Positions 39,624 to 51,505 of a DNA stretch of 64,000 bases are shown here, piece after piece. The notes below the pieces were generated by a model, which saw nothing but the letters and a program-made list of their open reading frames with translations, did not search any database and was not told the DNA's origin. Within the stretch, counting starts at the first letter, position 1. Each line of letters opens with the position of its first letter. The translations under genes were made by a program, and so were the position numbers. The stretch is from positions 34,348,001 to 34,412,000 of the forward strand of contig NC_135819.1 of the NCBI RefSeq assembly GCF_964213995.1, written 5' to 3'. This DNA is from Mustelus asterias. Its lineage: Eukaryota.

Positions 39624-40329
39624 AAGAGTGTTCTCTTCCTGTTGGGGAACACTTCACCGGTCACGGGCATTCAGCCTCTGATCTTCGGGTGAGCATTCTC
39701 CAAGGCAGCCTTCACGGCACACGACAACGCAGAGTCGCTGAGCAGAGACTAATAGCCAAGTTCCACACAACCTCAACAGGGATCTTGGGTTCATGTCACA
39801 CTATCTGTAACCCCCACAACTTGTCTGAGCTTGTAAAATCTCACTAACTGTCCTGGCTGGAGACAATACACATCTCTTTAACCTGTGCTTAACCCTCTCT
39901 CCACTCACATTGTCTGTACCTTTAAGACTTGATTACATGTAAAGACTCACATTCCAACCATTATTTTGTAAATTGAGTTTGTGTCTTTATATGCCCTGTT
40001 TGTGAACAGAACTCCCACTCACCTGATGAAGGGGCAGCACTCCGAAAGCTAGTGGCTTGTGCTACCAAATAAACCTGTTGGACTTTAACCTGGTGTTGTG
40101 AGACTTCTTACTGTGTTTACCCCAGTCCAATGCCGGTATCTCCACATCATGACATAATACAAGAGCAGGGATTCTTTTCAGAAGAATAGGCAACAGACAT
40201 GAACAACACTAAGTGCAACTTGGCTCCCCTATTTTCTAAAAAGCCTATGATCAGCATAGTACAATACATCTATATAATAAAACGGTTGATATTTTAGAGA
40301 AGCACTCCAATTCACTAATGCAAACTTAC

Positions 40330-40421
40330 ATTTCCTATCGCGAGGAGTGCCTTGTCAAAGAATAGAACCATGCCAAAGAACAGGAAAAACACGCCAAAGC
40401 CTGTTAATCCCATTCCAATTT
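40330..40421 (-). CDS. GOLT1B: GOLT1B coding exon 2 ([31 protein letters not shown])
   Basis: 92 nt, ttgcag acceptor, gtaagt donor. Confidence 0.98.
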
Positions 40422-40860
40422 CTGCAAGGGAAGAAAATAGTGATATTACAATCCGATTCACTGATCTATTCACACTTTTTAACTATCACTTAAACTGAGC
40501 TAAAATAAGTTGATCCAACAGAATTTGAATGAATTTAATTAAAGATAACAAATTTAGTGTCTATTTAACTGCATAAACTTCTTGCTAGATGTAGAAGAAT
40601 ATTCTGATCACACAAAGCAGCTTAACGCTAAGCTTTTAAATGCAACTACCAAATTTCCTAAATCTGCTATATTTTCCATAGCTTGAGCTTCAAAAATGTA
40701 ACAAAGGCAGAAAAAAAGGCATTTAAAGGATACCTTTCATGGCCATAGGATATTTCGACAGGACAATCAATGAAGTACTTTCACACTGGTACTGTTACAA
40801 TGTAAACAAGGTGGCAACAAATGGTTGTCTGTTTCTGATGTTGACTGAGGGCTATTTATT

Positions 40861-41104
40861 ACAGTAAGAAGTCTCACAACACCAGGTTAAAGTCCAACAG
40901 GTTTATTTGGTAGCAAATACCATAAGCTTTCGGAGCGCTGCCCCTTCGCCAGATGGAGTGAAAATTTTCACTCCATCTGGCGAAGGGGCAGCGCTCCGAA
41001 AGCTTATGGTATTTGCTACCAAATAAACCTGTTGGACTTTAACCTGGTGTTGTGAGACTTCTTACTGTGCTTACCCCAGTCCAACGCCGGCATCTCCACA
41101 TCAT
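40861..41104. mobile_element. Fold-back PLE pLTR: perfect 208-bp palindrome (40861-41068) plus 36-nt tail
   Basis: 104-bp arms, no spacer, no mismatch; TSD ggctatttatt at 40850-40860 and 41105-41115; inserted in a SacSINE1-like SINE (~40700-41290). Confidence 0.92.
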
Positions 41105-43779
41105 GGCTATTTATTAGTCAGGACACCACAGAAAACTCCCTTGTTCTACTTTTGAAATAGTACCAGGTAGATAGGTCCAATTGTGCAGCATTTATTACTG
41201 CATTAGACAGTTGGCTTAGATCCTGTGCTCAAGTTTCTGGAGTGGGATATAAACTCACAAACTTCTGCCCTCAGATGAAAATGCAGGGTTATGGTGTTTT
41301 ATGTAGCTCTCTTAGCTGGCATTCAATCAACAATCTATGCTCACGAATTGCAACTGAGGGACCACATTTGGTCCCTGGTTGATAAGTGGCAAAGAACATT
41401 TACATCACACAAGTTCTGCTGTCCATCTATGGCGAGAGAGAGAGAGTATTACTTTCCACTGACATCACCCAGTTAAATCCTCCACCATCAACATCCTGGG
41501 GTCACCACTGACCAGAAACTAAACTATATCTGTCACACAAATACAATGGTTACAAAAATCAGCTCACAGCCTGCGTGTTCTGCAGTGCGTAACATCTCCC
41601 AATTCCCCAAAACTCATCTACCATCTTGTATGAGCCAAGAATCTGATGGAAGAATCTCAACTTGCCTGGATGGGTGCTGCTCTAACAGTACTTGAAGAAG
41701 CTTGGCAACATCCAGGATAAAGCAGCTGCATAACTAGCGCCTCATCTACCACTCAAGCACTCACTTCCTTTAACGTCAGTGCACTGTGGCTGCAGTGTGC
41801 GCCACGTGCAAGATGAAATGCAGTAACTCACCAAGGCTACTTTGACAGCACCTGGAACAAGGTGGGCAGTAGACGCAAGGGACCAGCACCACCTCCCAAG
41901 TTCTCTGCCCTGTCACACACTACCCTGGCTTGGAAATATATTGCTGTTACTTCCTTGGTGCTGGGTCGAAGTTGAAGCGCTGTGTAGGTGCATTCGCCAC
42001 ATGGAATGCAGCAACTTATGAAGAGAGTTCACAACCACCCAAGGAAAATTAGGGATGGCTGGTAATGCTCACTCATCTCATGACTACATGACTAAATATG
42101 ACACAAATCTGATAAATCATATTTTTCACTAAGTGGGAGCATTTTATTGGGTAATGCTACAAACAAAAGTAATATCTGCTAAATAAATGGGTATTGGTTT
42201 CTTACTTTTTATGCATAAAAGCACAATTTATTTATCCTTTGTACACAACGTATACAGGCAAAGTGAAGATCGAAAGGTTCATTCAACTGTTCAGCACTTG
42301 GGTGTCAGCCCCTAACTGTCATTTACACAGCTGTGATTGAAAGATCGTAAGGAATTAATTTGGAGCATAGCAATAAAATCAACGATACTACAATCCCGAT
42401 ATTTGCATTTATTTCTTGAAACTAACCTGAGAGGCGAATATTTACACTACCTGTGAGAATATTTGGACTTTGCACAATTGCACAGCTGGAGGCATATGAC
42501 CACTTGGTCGATGTTAAGTGTTTTCTGGTGCATGAGCTCTGATCTGACACTTTATGAGATGATGCTCAGGGATGTGACAATCTACCAGATGGCATCTCAA
42601 ACTGTTTAGGCTTTGTGATGTAGAGGGTACATCCCAATCTGGTGTGAAGCTTGTTTTACAAGTTGCTATATATTCTGTTGAATTCCCATGGTGTTTAAGG
42701 CAATCTACTGCTCATTTTTTTCCCCTAATGTCATTTGGGGAAACAAAACATTATGTGCTTCAAGTATCCTACATCATGACAATGGACCACACTTCCAAAA
42801 GTACTAATTGATTGTGAAGCAATTTGGGACATTCCATGAGGTAAAAGGGGTTTTAAATGCAAGTTTTCTCTTTTAGATATGCACAGAAGTTTTCATCTCT
42901 CAGGTAGACTGCAAGTCACAACCTGCAGTGCAAGCGACAATTAAGACCGGTTATTATGGTATAATTACATTTATACCCGACCTGAAGTGCAGATTCACCC
43001 CATTTCAAAGGAATATTTCATAACAATTTAAGCTTGCCTAAATCAATTTGAAATGTATTGCTTACAAGTGTACCTGACAAAATAAAATTTAGGTAAGTGT
43101 TTTAACACATTCTTCAGAGGAATGGATTGCTTCATGTAGACATGTTGCTCCTTCAACATTTGTCTTCTCACATCATACGAGGATAACTCTTATCAGACAC
43201 CCGAATAAAAACACAACTGCTCTGATATTTATAATTAAATTTTCTCTCATAAATTTTTCCCTTTCATGCAATGAGTTGAGAGTGGCCAGGATTAAAAATA
43301 AGACACATGCTATAGCACTTTACTCAGCCAGCCCATTTCTAGTTGGCAGTCTCTTTTACACCAGAGACAACCAACTGTTACAGCAGCATTTACACCATGG
43401 CAACCTTGGCTCAGTAATAAAACTTGTGCCTTTTAGTCAGAAAATTGTAGGTTTATGTCCTGCTCCAGATATTTGAGGACAAGAGAAAAAGATCAAGGCT
43501 GACACTCTGGCTTAGTGAGGGAGTATCATTCTAACCAGTCTGTAAACTGAGAATCACACTGAGGCCATTTGGTCCATCTCCAATCCATGCTAGTGCTCTG
43601 CAAGAGCGGTCTAACTAGTTCCATGCACTCACTTCCCTATATCGACCTGCATTTTATTTTTCCAAAAGTCTCCTCTGCTCTCGAGTTAAATGTTACACAG
43701 TCATTCTAAGAGGAGAAACAGGGGTTTTTCCTCACTGGGATACTGGAGTTGATTGATGCAATAACACAAATTGTTACAG

Positions 43780-44590
43780 TTCTTTCCACAGTGTGAAAGA
43801 TGTGCTGGTTAGGTAAATTGGCCATGCTAAATTCTCCAAAGAAGTGCCAGAGTGTGGCAACAGTAACTTCACCACAATGTTAATGTAAGCCCAATGTAAA
43901 CAAACTTAAAAGGGGTTGGTGATCACAGGGCTGTTTGTGGGATCTTGCTGTGCACAGGAGGAATCCCACACTATCAGAGAGGCAGCTCTCTCAGCCTAAC
44001 CAACCGGTGGCACAGTGGTTAGAACTGCTACCTCAAGCGCAAGAACCCAGGTTCGATTCCCAGCTTGGGTCACTGTCTGTGCAGAGTTTGCATGTTGTCC
44101 CCGCGTCTGTTAGGATTTCCTCCGGGTGATCTGCTTTCTTCCCACAGTCCGAAAGATTTTTATTCATTAGTGACACAAGTAGGCTTACATTAACATTGCA
44201 ATGAAGTTACTGTGAAAATCCCCTAGTCGCCACACTCCAGCACCGGTTCGGGTACACTGAGGGAGAATTTAGCATGGCCAATACACCTAACCAGCATGTC
44301 TTTCAGACAGTGGGAGGAAACTGGAGCACCCGGAGGAAACCCACGCAGATACGGGGAGAACGTGCAGACTCCACACAGACAGTAACCCAATCCAGGAGTC
44401 GAACCCAGGTCCCTGGCATCCATGTGACAAATGTGTGGGTTAGGTGATTGTCCATGATAAATTGCTCCTTAGTGTCAGGGGGACTGGCTCGGGTAAATGT
44501 ATGTGGTTGAGGATAAGGCCTGGGTGGGATTGTGGTCAGTGCAGACTCGATGGGCTGAATGGCCTCTTCCTTACACTGTAGGGATTCTAA
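43780..44590. mobile_element. Cluster of HE1-like SINE pieces in both orientations next to the CpG island
   Basis: ~44007-44155(+), ~44157-44420(-), ~44430-44590(+) match HE1 segments. Confidence 0.8.
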
Positions 44591-45700
44591 ACGGCCATTG
44601 TGGAGAAGGGGCGCTGCTCACAGCCTCCTGCTGGATCAGGACTTCTGAGGGCCGGTCTGCCTGGGGTGTCCCTGGCTGCTCCCGGAGCCGGGACTTCCAG
44701 GCCGCAGCCAGGCCCAGGGAACCGTGCAGAAAGGAGCCGAGCCAGGCCGGCTTCCCCCCTCCCAATCTCCGCCGGGTCACACGGCCAGCGCGCACCACCA
44801 CCCTTCCCGCCGGAGCGCCGCCTCCCTCACTCACTCTGCGAGTCCGTCAGGGAAATCATGTCGCCAGCCGCTGATTCTCATCCAGCTTCGCCAAATCCAC
44901 ATCAACCGCCACGTCTTCCGGAAGCAACGCGCCTCCCCCTAGTAACCAGGCCCCCCGCTTCCGGGGGCGGGGCGGCGCGGCGTCGATAGGCTCCTCCCCC
45001 CTCCCCGAGTGACTGACAGACAGCTGCGGCCCGGCACATTGACAGAAGGAGGCCGCTTCTCTGATTGGAGGAGAGCACCGGTGACGAGCGATGAGTGGGC
45101 GGTACCCTCAATTCCGATTGGATGATCTCCCTGGCTGTGAGTGATTGACAGGGACTGGTCCTGGCTCTGATCGAAGGCGCGGGGAGTGGAATGGGCGGGA
45201 CCCTCGCTTCTGATTGGAGGATAGCGCCGCCCTGTGTGATTGACAGCCACAAAGCCCCGATTCCGATTGGAAGGAGTGCTGAGCCATGTGATTGGTGGCT
45301 GGGGATTGCGGCTGTGATTGGGTGAAGGCGGGTGATTGACGGCGGAGGCCCCGCCTCTTTCCTCTGGCGGGTCGAGGGAGGAGAGCTGCCGCTTCTTCCA
45401 TCGCTGCTGGCCGAGCGCTCCATTGACAGGTTTGAAGCGGCGGGTGTGTGCGCATCACCGCGACATGGAGAGCAGGCAGAGGTTTCTGGGTGATGGCAGA
45501 GCCGGGTTTATATTTCAAAAAAAATCCCAGAGTTTAAATTTTAAAAATAAAACGGAAAGAGACTCGGGCCAGACATGACGTCATGGAAATGGCCGGCCCA
45601 GCTGTGATTGGTTGGCGGGCGGCCCTGATTGCTGATTGGTTGAAGGGCTGGGGAGCGGGGTGTGATGGGAGTTTTCCTCAGCTACCTGCAGCTGATCCAC
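44590..45700. promoter_or_regulatory. CpG-island bidirectional promoter of GOLT1B and RECQL
   Basis: High GC/CpG; palindromic ETS-type site cttccggaag 44915-44924, GC box ggggcggggc ~44965, gccacgtc ~44908, full CRE TGACGTCA 45576-45583, eight co-oriented ATTGG boxes. Confidence 0.88.
44835..44859 (-). CDS. GOLT1B: GOLT1B coding exon 1 (MISLTDSQ/K)
   Basis: gacATGATTTCCCTGACGGACTCGCAGA|gtgagt; the 5 exons total 417 nt = 138 aa + stop. Confidence 0.96.
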
Positions 45701-46224
45701 CCACAGGTACCACACACACTTGGAGCAATGCTCTGGGCTGCCCAGGTTCAACCAGCACACTCCATGGTTACATTGGGATTCTGAAATAAAAACACCAATT
45801 GGGCTTTCCCATTTCATAGAATTCCTACAATGTAGAAGGAGGGCATTCGGCCCATCGAGCCTGCACCCATAACAATCCCGCCTGTGAGTTACTTGCCACA
45901 GAAGGCTGCGCAGGTCACTTTCTTGAGTGTATTTAAGACAGAGATAGACGGGTTCTTGATGGTTAAAGGGATCAAAGGTTACGGGGAAAAGGTGGCAAAA
46001 TGGGGTTGAGAAACAGATCTGCCATGGTTGAGCGGAATCGATGGGCTGAATGGCCTAATTCGACTCCTATATTTTATGGTAAACTAGCTTAGATTAACTA
46101 GTTATTGATCTCATTTGATGTTTTGTGTAACTTTACCACATTCTAACTGGCTGTTGTACTTTCCCACAAGATAGTGGGCCCTCTGAAGGGCACTCCCTTG
46201 CACTTGCACAAGGGATGAGCACCA

Positions 46225-46523
46225 TTGAATCCCTACAGTGCAGAAGGAGGCCATTGGCGCATCGAGTCTACGCTGACTTTCTGTACATCCCCATCCATCG
46301 CCATAAACCTGTGCATTTATGACTAATCCTTTTATGACCATGATTAATCCACCTGTGGACACCAAAGGGCAATTTAGTATGGCCAATCCACCTAACCTGC
46401 ACAGCTGGACTGTGGGAGGACACCAGAGCCTCTGGAGGAAACCTGGGGGAACATGTAAACTCCACACACTCACCCAAAGCCAGAATTGAACTTGTATAAA
46501 TAACCACTGTGCCACCATGCCGC
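46225..46523 (-). mobile_element. HE1-like V-SINE
   Basis: Diverged match to other copies. Confidence 0.75.
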
Positions 46524-47774
46524 TTTGGATGGGACAATTTTAGTCATGAGAAGTGATTGGATTGTAGGAGGGGGGTGGTGGTGTTTTATTTCTGAGGAGA
46601 GCAGGCTGAGAGGAAACCTAATTGAAGTGTGTGCAGTTATAAGGGACCTAGTAGATATCAGGGTGACCAACAGTTATGTATTTTGTCTTGTGAGGGGAAA
46701 CTTTCCCCTTATTTCTAGGACAGTCCTTAGGCGATTGATCCTGGGAGTCTCCAGGGTGAGGTTGAGCAATTCAAGTCATCTGTACCCTCCAGTCCCATTT
46801 TAAAATGTCCCTTATTTATTTTTTAAAAACCCATGCTAGATAGACTGGATAGGAAAGTCCAGTTAGCCTTGGTTGAAGGGTCCACTAACAACTATGGATT
46901 TCGGTAAGGTAGTAGGAACTTTAGAGAGGCTTGACAGAGTCTTAGAGGCAGAAACTCTCAACATTTTAAAAAATATTTGGAAATACACTTGAACTGCTTT
47001 AACCTATTTTTTTGAATATATCTGAATTCGGAAATAAAATTAGACCTTAATCAGGGGAGGGGAGGGCTACCTGACTTTGTCTACTGTTCCAAGTCTTTCA
47101 TCAGAATTGCATTTGTGAAGTTTAAGGAGCCATCTTTTTTTGAATTTAAAAATAAAATCTTCACGAAGCAGGTGTCTGTAACTGCTGTTTCCAAAAGCTC
47201 TCCACGGCTGGGGTTTTTCCTCACACAATGCTGGGATCTTTTGTGAACTAATTGATTGTTATGCGTAGCCAACCAACTCCTTTATTATATCAAGCAACTT
47301 CCAGGATGCTGAAGTATCCTTGGCCTTTCTTCAGCTAACAATTCCAATGTTGGTGTGATTAATTTAGTAGCTTGAGCCATGAACACACACCATCCAAATT
47401 TGGCTTTATAGCTCGATCAAATGTAAACATTGGTGAGCTGTAAATTTCTAAACAGGTTTTCTGTTGACTGGATTCTCTGGAAAACTTGGCTTGTCTGCAG
47501 CAACGCTCGGAACTGTTATAAACACTGGAATTTTATGACAGAATAGTGAACAAACAATGGGCAGACCAGAAGGTAGTGACAACAATTTGGAAATGTTTGT
47601 CGTTAGAGCATGCATCTTGTATACCGCTTGATAAGTACAAAATTCGAGAAGTTACCAAATTGAAGTCATGAGTCAGCTCCATGTAGCTACTTGCCTACTG
47701 TGTTAGCTCCACTTGTTAACCCCTTTCCCTCCACCTCCAACCCAATGGCATCCCCAACATGCACTGAATATAGT

Positions 47775-48143
47775 GATTTGATTTATTATTGTCACGTGTA
47801 TTAGTATACATGAAAAGTATTGTGTCTTGCACTATACAGACAAAGAATACTATTCATAGAGAAGGAAAGGAGAGAGTGCAGAATGTAGTGTTACAGTCAT
47901 AACTAGGGTGTAGAGAAAGATCAACTTAATGCAAGGTAGGTCCATTCAAAGGTCTGATGGCAGCAGGGAAGAAGCTGTTCTTGAGTCGGTTGGTATGTGA
48001 CCTCAGACTTTTGTATCTTTTTCCTGACGGAAGAAGGTGGAAGAGAGAATGTCCGGGGTGCGTGGGGTCCTTAATTTTGCTGGCAGTTTTTCTGAGGCAG
48101 TGGGAAATGTGGACAGGTGCAATGCTTGGGAGGCTGGTTTCCA
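47775..48143 (-). mobile_element. Rex1/Babar-clade LINE 3' end
   Basis: KIKDPTHPGHSLFHLLPSGKRYKSLRSHTNRLKNSFFPAAIRPLN, typical Rex1 C-terminus; tail gtgacaataataaatcaaatc. Confidence 0.85.
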
Positions 48144-48678
48144 AGGTTTTCCTGTTTAAGCCCAGTATCGTGCATCCTCATGAGTAATATATGAAACATA
48201 AATCCACTTATTAATTTGTTCTGATATTAATAGATATCAGCAATTGAAGATTAATGCAGCAAACAAGATTGATGAAGAATCTTGCTGAAAACCCACAATT
48301 CAGAAAAGGCATATCAGTGAGAAAGAATTAGAAGTGTGATTAAAACTGAGCCACTTGGGATTGGGTACCAGAACTGACTGACTTTACAGCTCGTAGACTG
48401 CAGTTTGGGCACTTCTGACTTGTTCTGCATAGCAACATGTTATTTGTACACGTGTTGGGAAGCTAGGTGCTTGCAACACAACAACATTTAAGTTTAATCG
48501 TAACAAATGGTCAGGTTGAAACCTTTAAGGGTGAATTCTTTTACAAGGACCTGTAGAAAGCCAAGTTTACTTATAACTGTGCTGTATATGTATGTCTGTA
48601 GGTATTCACTTGGTTACGTTTTTTTTGGTTTTGAAGGTGTACTAGTATCTCTGAGAAGTGACTTACTCTGTTTCAAGA

Positions 48679-48694
48679 ATGGCTGACATTTCAG
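48679..48694 (+). CDS. RECQL: RECQL first coding exon (MADIS/D); exon probably starts at ~48637
   Basis: agaATGGCTGACATTTCAG|gtgagt; 16 coding nt, phase 1 fits the next exon; T-rich acceptor ttttgaag upstream. Confidence 0.85.
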
Positions 48695-50189
48695 GTGAGT
48701 TAACCATTTGCTGCCATGTGACACTAAAAGCTCTGTTTTGGTGAAGTTTGCGCTCTTCAAAGTGGGTACTCGAGGTGGTTAGCTTCGTCAGCTCTCAGCT
48801 GCTTCAGTTTAATCTGAAGAGCGTTCCCTGCACCAGTGTTACATTTCTGCCCTCGCTGGTTATCTGGCGGAACAAGGTTACCCATTCATGTTTGGGTTTA
48901 ATGGAGAGTAGTTGACTTGTGCCCACCAGGATGAGTTCAGACTGACCAAACTAAAGGGTGCATTCATCGAGCTGATCACCCAGTGCTAAGTCTTGCAACA
49001 TGGGAATGCAAAATTGGAAATTAGGCTGCAGCCCAATTGTCCAATCCCACTGCCAGCATTTGAGGCTCAGTGCTGGCACCAAAGGGTTGCTAAACTTTCC
49101 CATTTAGAGCCAATTCAGAGAAGAGATTCTAATCTGATGCGTTTGATCTGTATTCAAATCCATGTTGGAGGGTTAAAGGGTTAGGTTTCTCATCCATTAC
49201 ATGCCTAGCCCCAGAAAAGAAACTGAGGACCTTGTTGCACCTGTCAATCGGTGTGATGCGGTTGTAAGATCGCATGAGAAGCAAAAAAAGATTGAGAAAT
49301 GTGCCCATTTCCCGCCAGTTCCCAACTTACCAGACACTTTTTACAGGCGTGATGAGGATCACGTCCAAAATGGGCAAGGCATCAATTTGAATGCATCTCA
49401 GTATCATTAGCAAGTTCAGGATGAGTTGTCCCCCCCTCAGTTACGTTAACCATCTCGTCAGCAAGACGTCACGTCGGCAAGAAAAACACCTGCTCTGTTT
49501 CAGGCGTTGCGGTGAGGGAGGGGAGCAAGGAAGTGAGTACCACTGAGCACCAACCTCCGGGGTGCGAGGGGAGTGGGCGGCGGGGTCATTGCCATGGCGT
49601 GTGGTAGGATGGGCGGCTTGCATGGGTGTGGGGGGCTTGTGCTGTTCTGGGGGTCCTGGGGTCAGTGGTGGGTGGGGCTTGGTGTTGCACACATTACCCC
49701 TGGCTGCTGAGCGAACCCCCGAGGGAATCCCATCCCCAGGCCCCACTAACCCAAACAAACAACAGGTCTGTCACCTGCTGCTCCAAGCAAAGGAGCTCTG
49801 CAGGCTCCCCACACTGTATGGATTCTGCAGTGCTGCCCTCGAGGGGAACCCATCCTGTGACAGTAACGAGCGTGCCCCTCCCCAGTCTGTCCCAACTGCA
49901 AGCTATTCCTGGAAGACACTGCACCGGACATGCAGGTGGCTGCACCCATGCCCATGCTGCAAGGCTTCCCAATGTGGACCCCCCCCAAAGCCACCCATAT
50001 GCTCTCCGTGGCCCCCATGGCGAGGTTGCAGTGATGGTCGCCAACCCGTCGAGGTGGTGCCTGGCACAGGGCATGATATCGGCTTTGCCACTATCCACAC
50101 TCCTCTGGAGCAGGGGTTGCTGGGAGGGAGTGCAGGTCCTGGGATGGATAACCTCACAGAATTTCTCGCTCTCTCTCATGGAGACCCCG

Positions 50190-50765
50190 GTGGTTCAGAC
50201 ATGCGTCCTTCGAAGAGTTGCCGAACAGCGTGTGCTGCCACAGGCTCTGAAGGCAATGCAGCACCTGTGTCAGGTCCTTGTGGACTTGGCACCTTGTGGT
50301 ACAGGGGGACACCCGCTCCCGGTGGCGGTGAAGATTATGGCGGCCTCAACATTTACCCCAGTGGGTCCTTTCAGGCCAGCAGTGGGGACCTCTGTTGGGT
50401 TTCCCAGTCCTCGGTCCACAAGTGTGTCTTCGAGGTGACGGATGCCCTGTTCGCCCGGGCAGGCCGGTGCACCCATTTTGACATGGGCCAGGCCCAGCAG
50501 GAAGCCCCTGGAGGGCAGACTTTGCCGTCATTGCTGGGATGCTGAACGTGCAGGGGGCAATCGATCGCAGACACCTCGCCCTGCGGCCTCCAAAACGTCA
50601 GGCACTGCAGTTCGTGAACAGGAAGGGATTCCCCTCCCTGAATGTTCAGATGGTCTGTGACCACAAGATGAACATCTTGCACGCCATCCAGGGAGTGTGC
50701 ACGATAGCTTCATTTTGCGGAGTTCTGACATCCCCGGCTTCCTCGAAGACCAGCCTTTTATGAAG
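50190..50765 (+). mobile_element. Degenerate PIF/Harbinger transposase (HARBI1-like DDE); element probably spans ~49.2-51.1 kb
   Basis: Frameshifted motifs LPVAVKI, SGSFQASSGDLCWVSQSSVHKCVFEVTDALFARA, VQGAID..H.ALRPP, FVNRKGFPSLNVQMVCD. Confidence 0.85.
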
Positions 50766-51307
50766 AGAAAAGGAAACTACTATGCGTTTGGCCATGCAGA
50801 TGATCATTGTCAGAGTTTCCAATGTGCAGGAACAATCCCACCATAATCAGCTACTTTGGGTATCTTGAGCTGATGGAAAGGTTGGGAACAATTTGGACCT
50901 GCTTTTGTTGTAGCTCTGGGCTCCACTGGCACCCTGATAGGAAACTCCTGGTCCAGAGAGCTACCGGTCAATGTCACCTAGATTTCACCTTGGAACACAA
51001 ATGTAGGAAATTGCCCCCTTGAGGATTGGTGTTTAGGCTGCTGTCGGATTGGCCGGAGGCAATATTTCCTGATTTGCTAATTAATGTATTCTTAAATTTT
51101 CACCTCCCATTACAGAAACGTCACTGCAGAACCATGTACAGAAATTTAAAACTCCATCAATAATATTCATTTAAATTCTATTTAAATATAGCTTGTTATC
51201 TAAAATCTCTTTTCCACTTTATACAAATGCTTCTCCTATTTCTCCACTGTTCCAATGATGTTGGCAGAGTAACATCAGCATCTTAATTAGAATTCCTTCA
51301 TGTATAG

Positions 51308-51505
51308 ATCTGGAGGAGCAATTGGCCTTGGTTGACAGCGAGATGGGGGCCTTGGAGATCCAGATGCAGGAACTGCTGGAGAGACAGCAAGTGCTGCAGG
51401 AAAAGAAGCGGCAACTAAAGAAGAAGATGGAAAGAATGTCTGGGGGTGATGAGGGTGACCCAATCGCATCATCAAAGGTATCGGCAGAGGACTGGAACAA
51501 GAACG
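51308..51505 (+). CDS. RECQL: RECQL coding exon 2 (N-terminal coiled coil, LEEQLALVDSEMGALEIQMQELLERQQVLQEKKRQLKKKME...DWNKN)
   Basis: 198 nt, tag acceptor, gttagt donor; resembles the RECQ1 N-terminus. Confidence 0.92.

Larger units (their letters stand above)
37594..40150 (+). mobile_element. 5'-truncated Penelope-like element (GIY-YIG endonuclease) with inverted pLTR, split by a CR1
   Basis: YTCNSANVVYLISC..CPEAWYIGET..LRQWMNEH (37871-38076) resumes after the CR1 as CSLPVGEHF..HSASDLRV..RRVAEQRLIAKF; inverted arms ~37593-37720 / ~39983-40112; TSD gacataatacaa at 37582-37593 and 40151-40162. Confidence 0.9.

Noticed and set aside
44497-45817. Many overlapping ORFs of 70-170 aa
   Set aside because: Stop-poor GC-rich CpG island; no protein-like features
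49441-50545. 327-aa and 270-aa ORFs as novel genes
   Set aside because: GC-rich Harbinger relic; transposase similarity switches between frames
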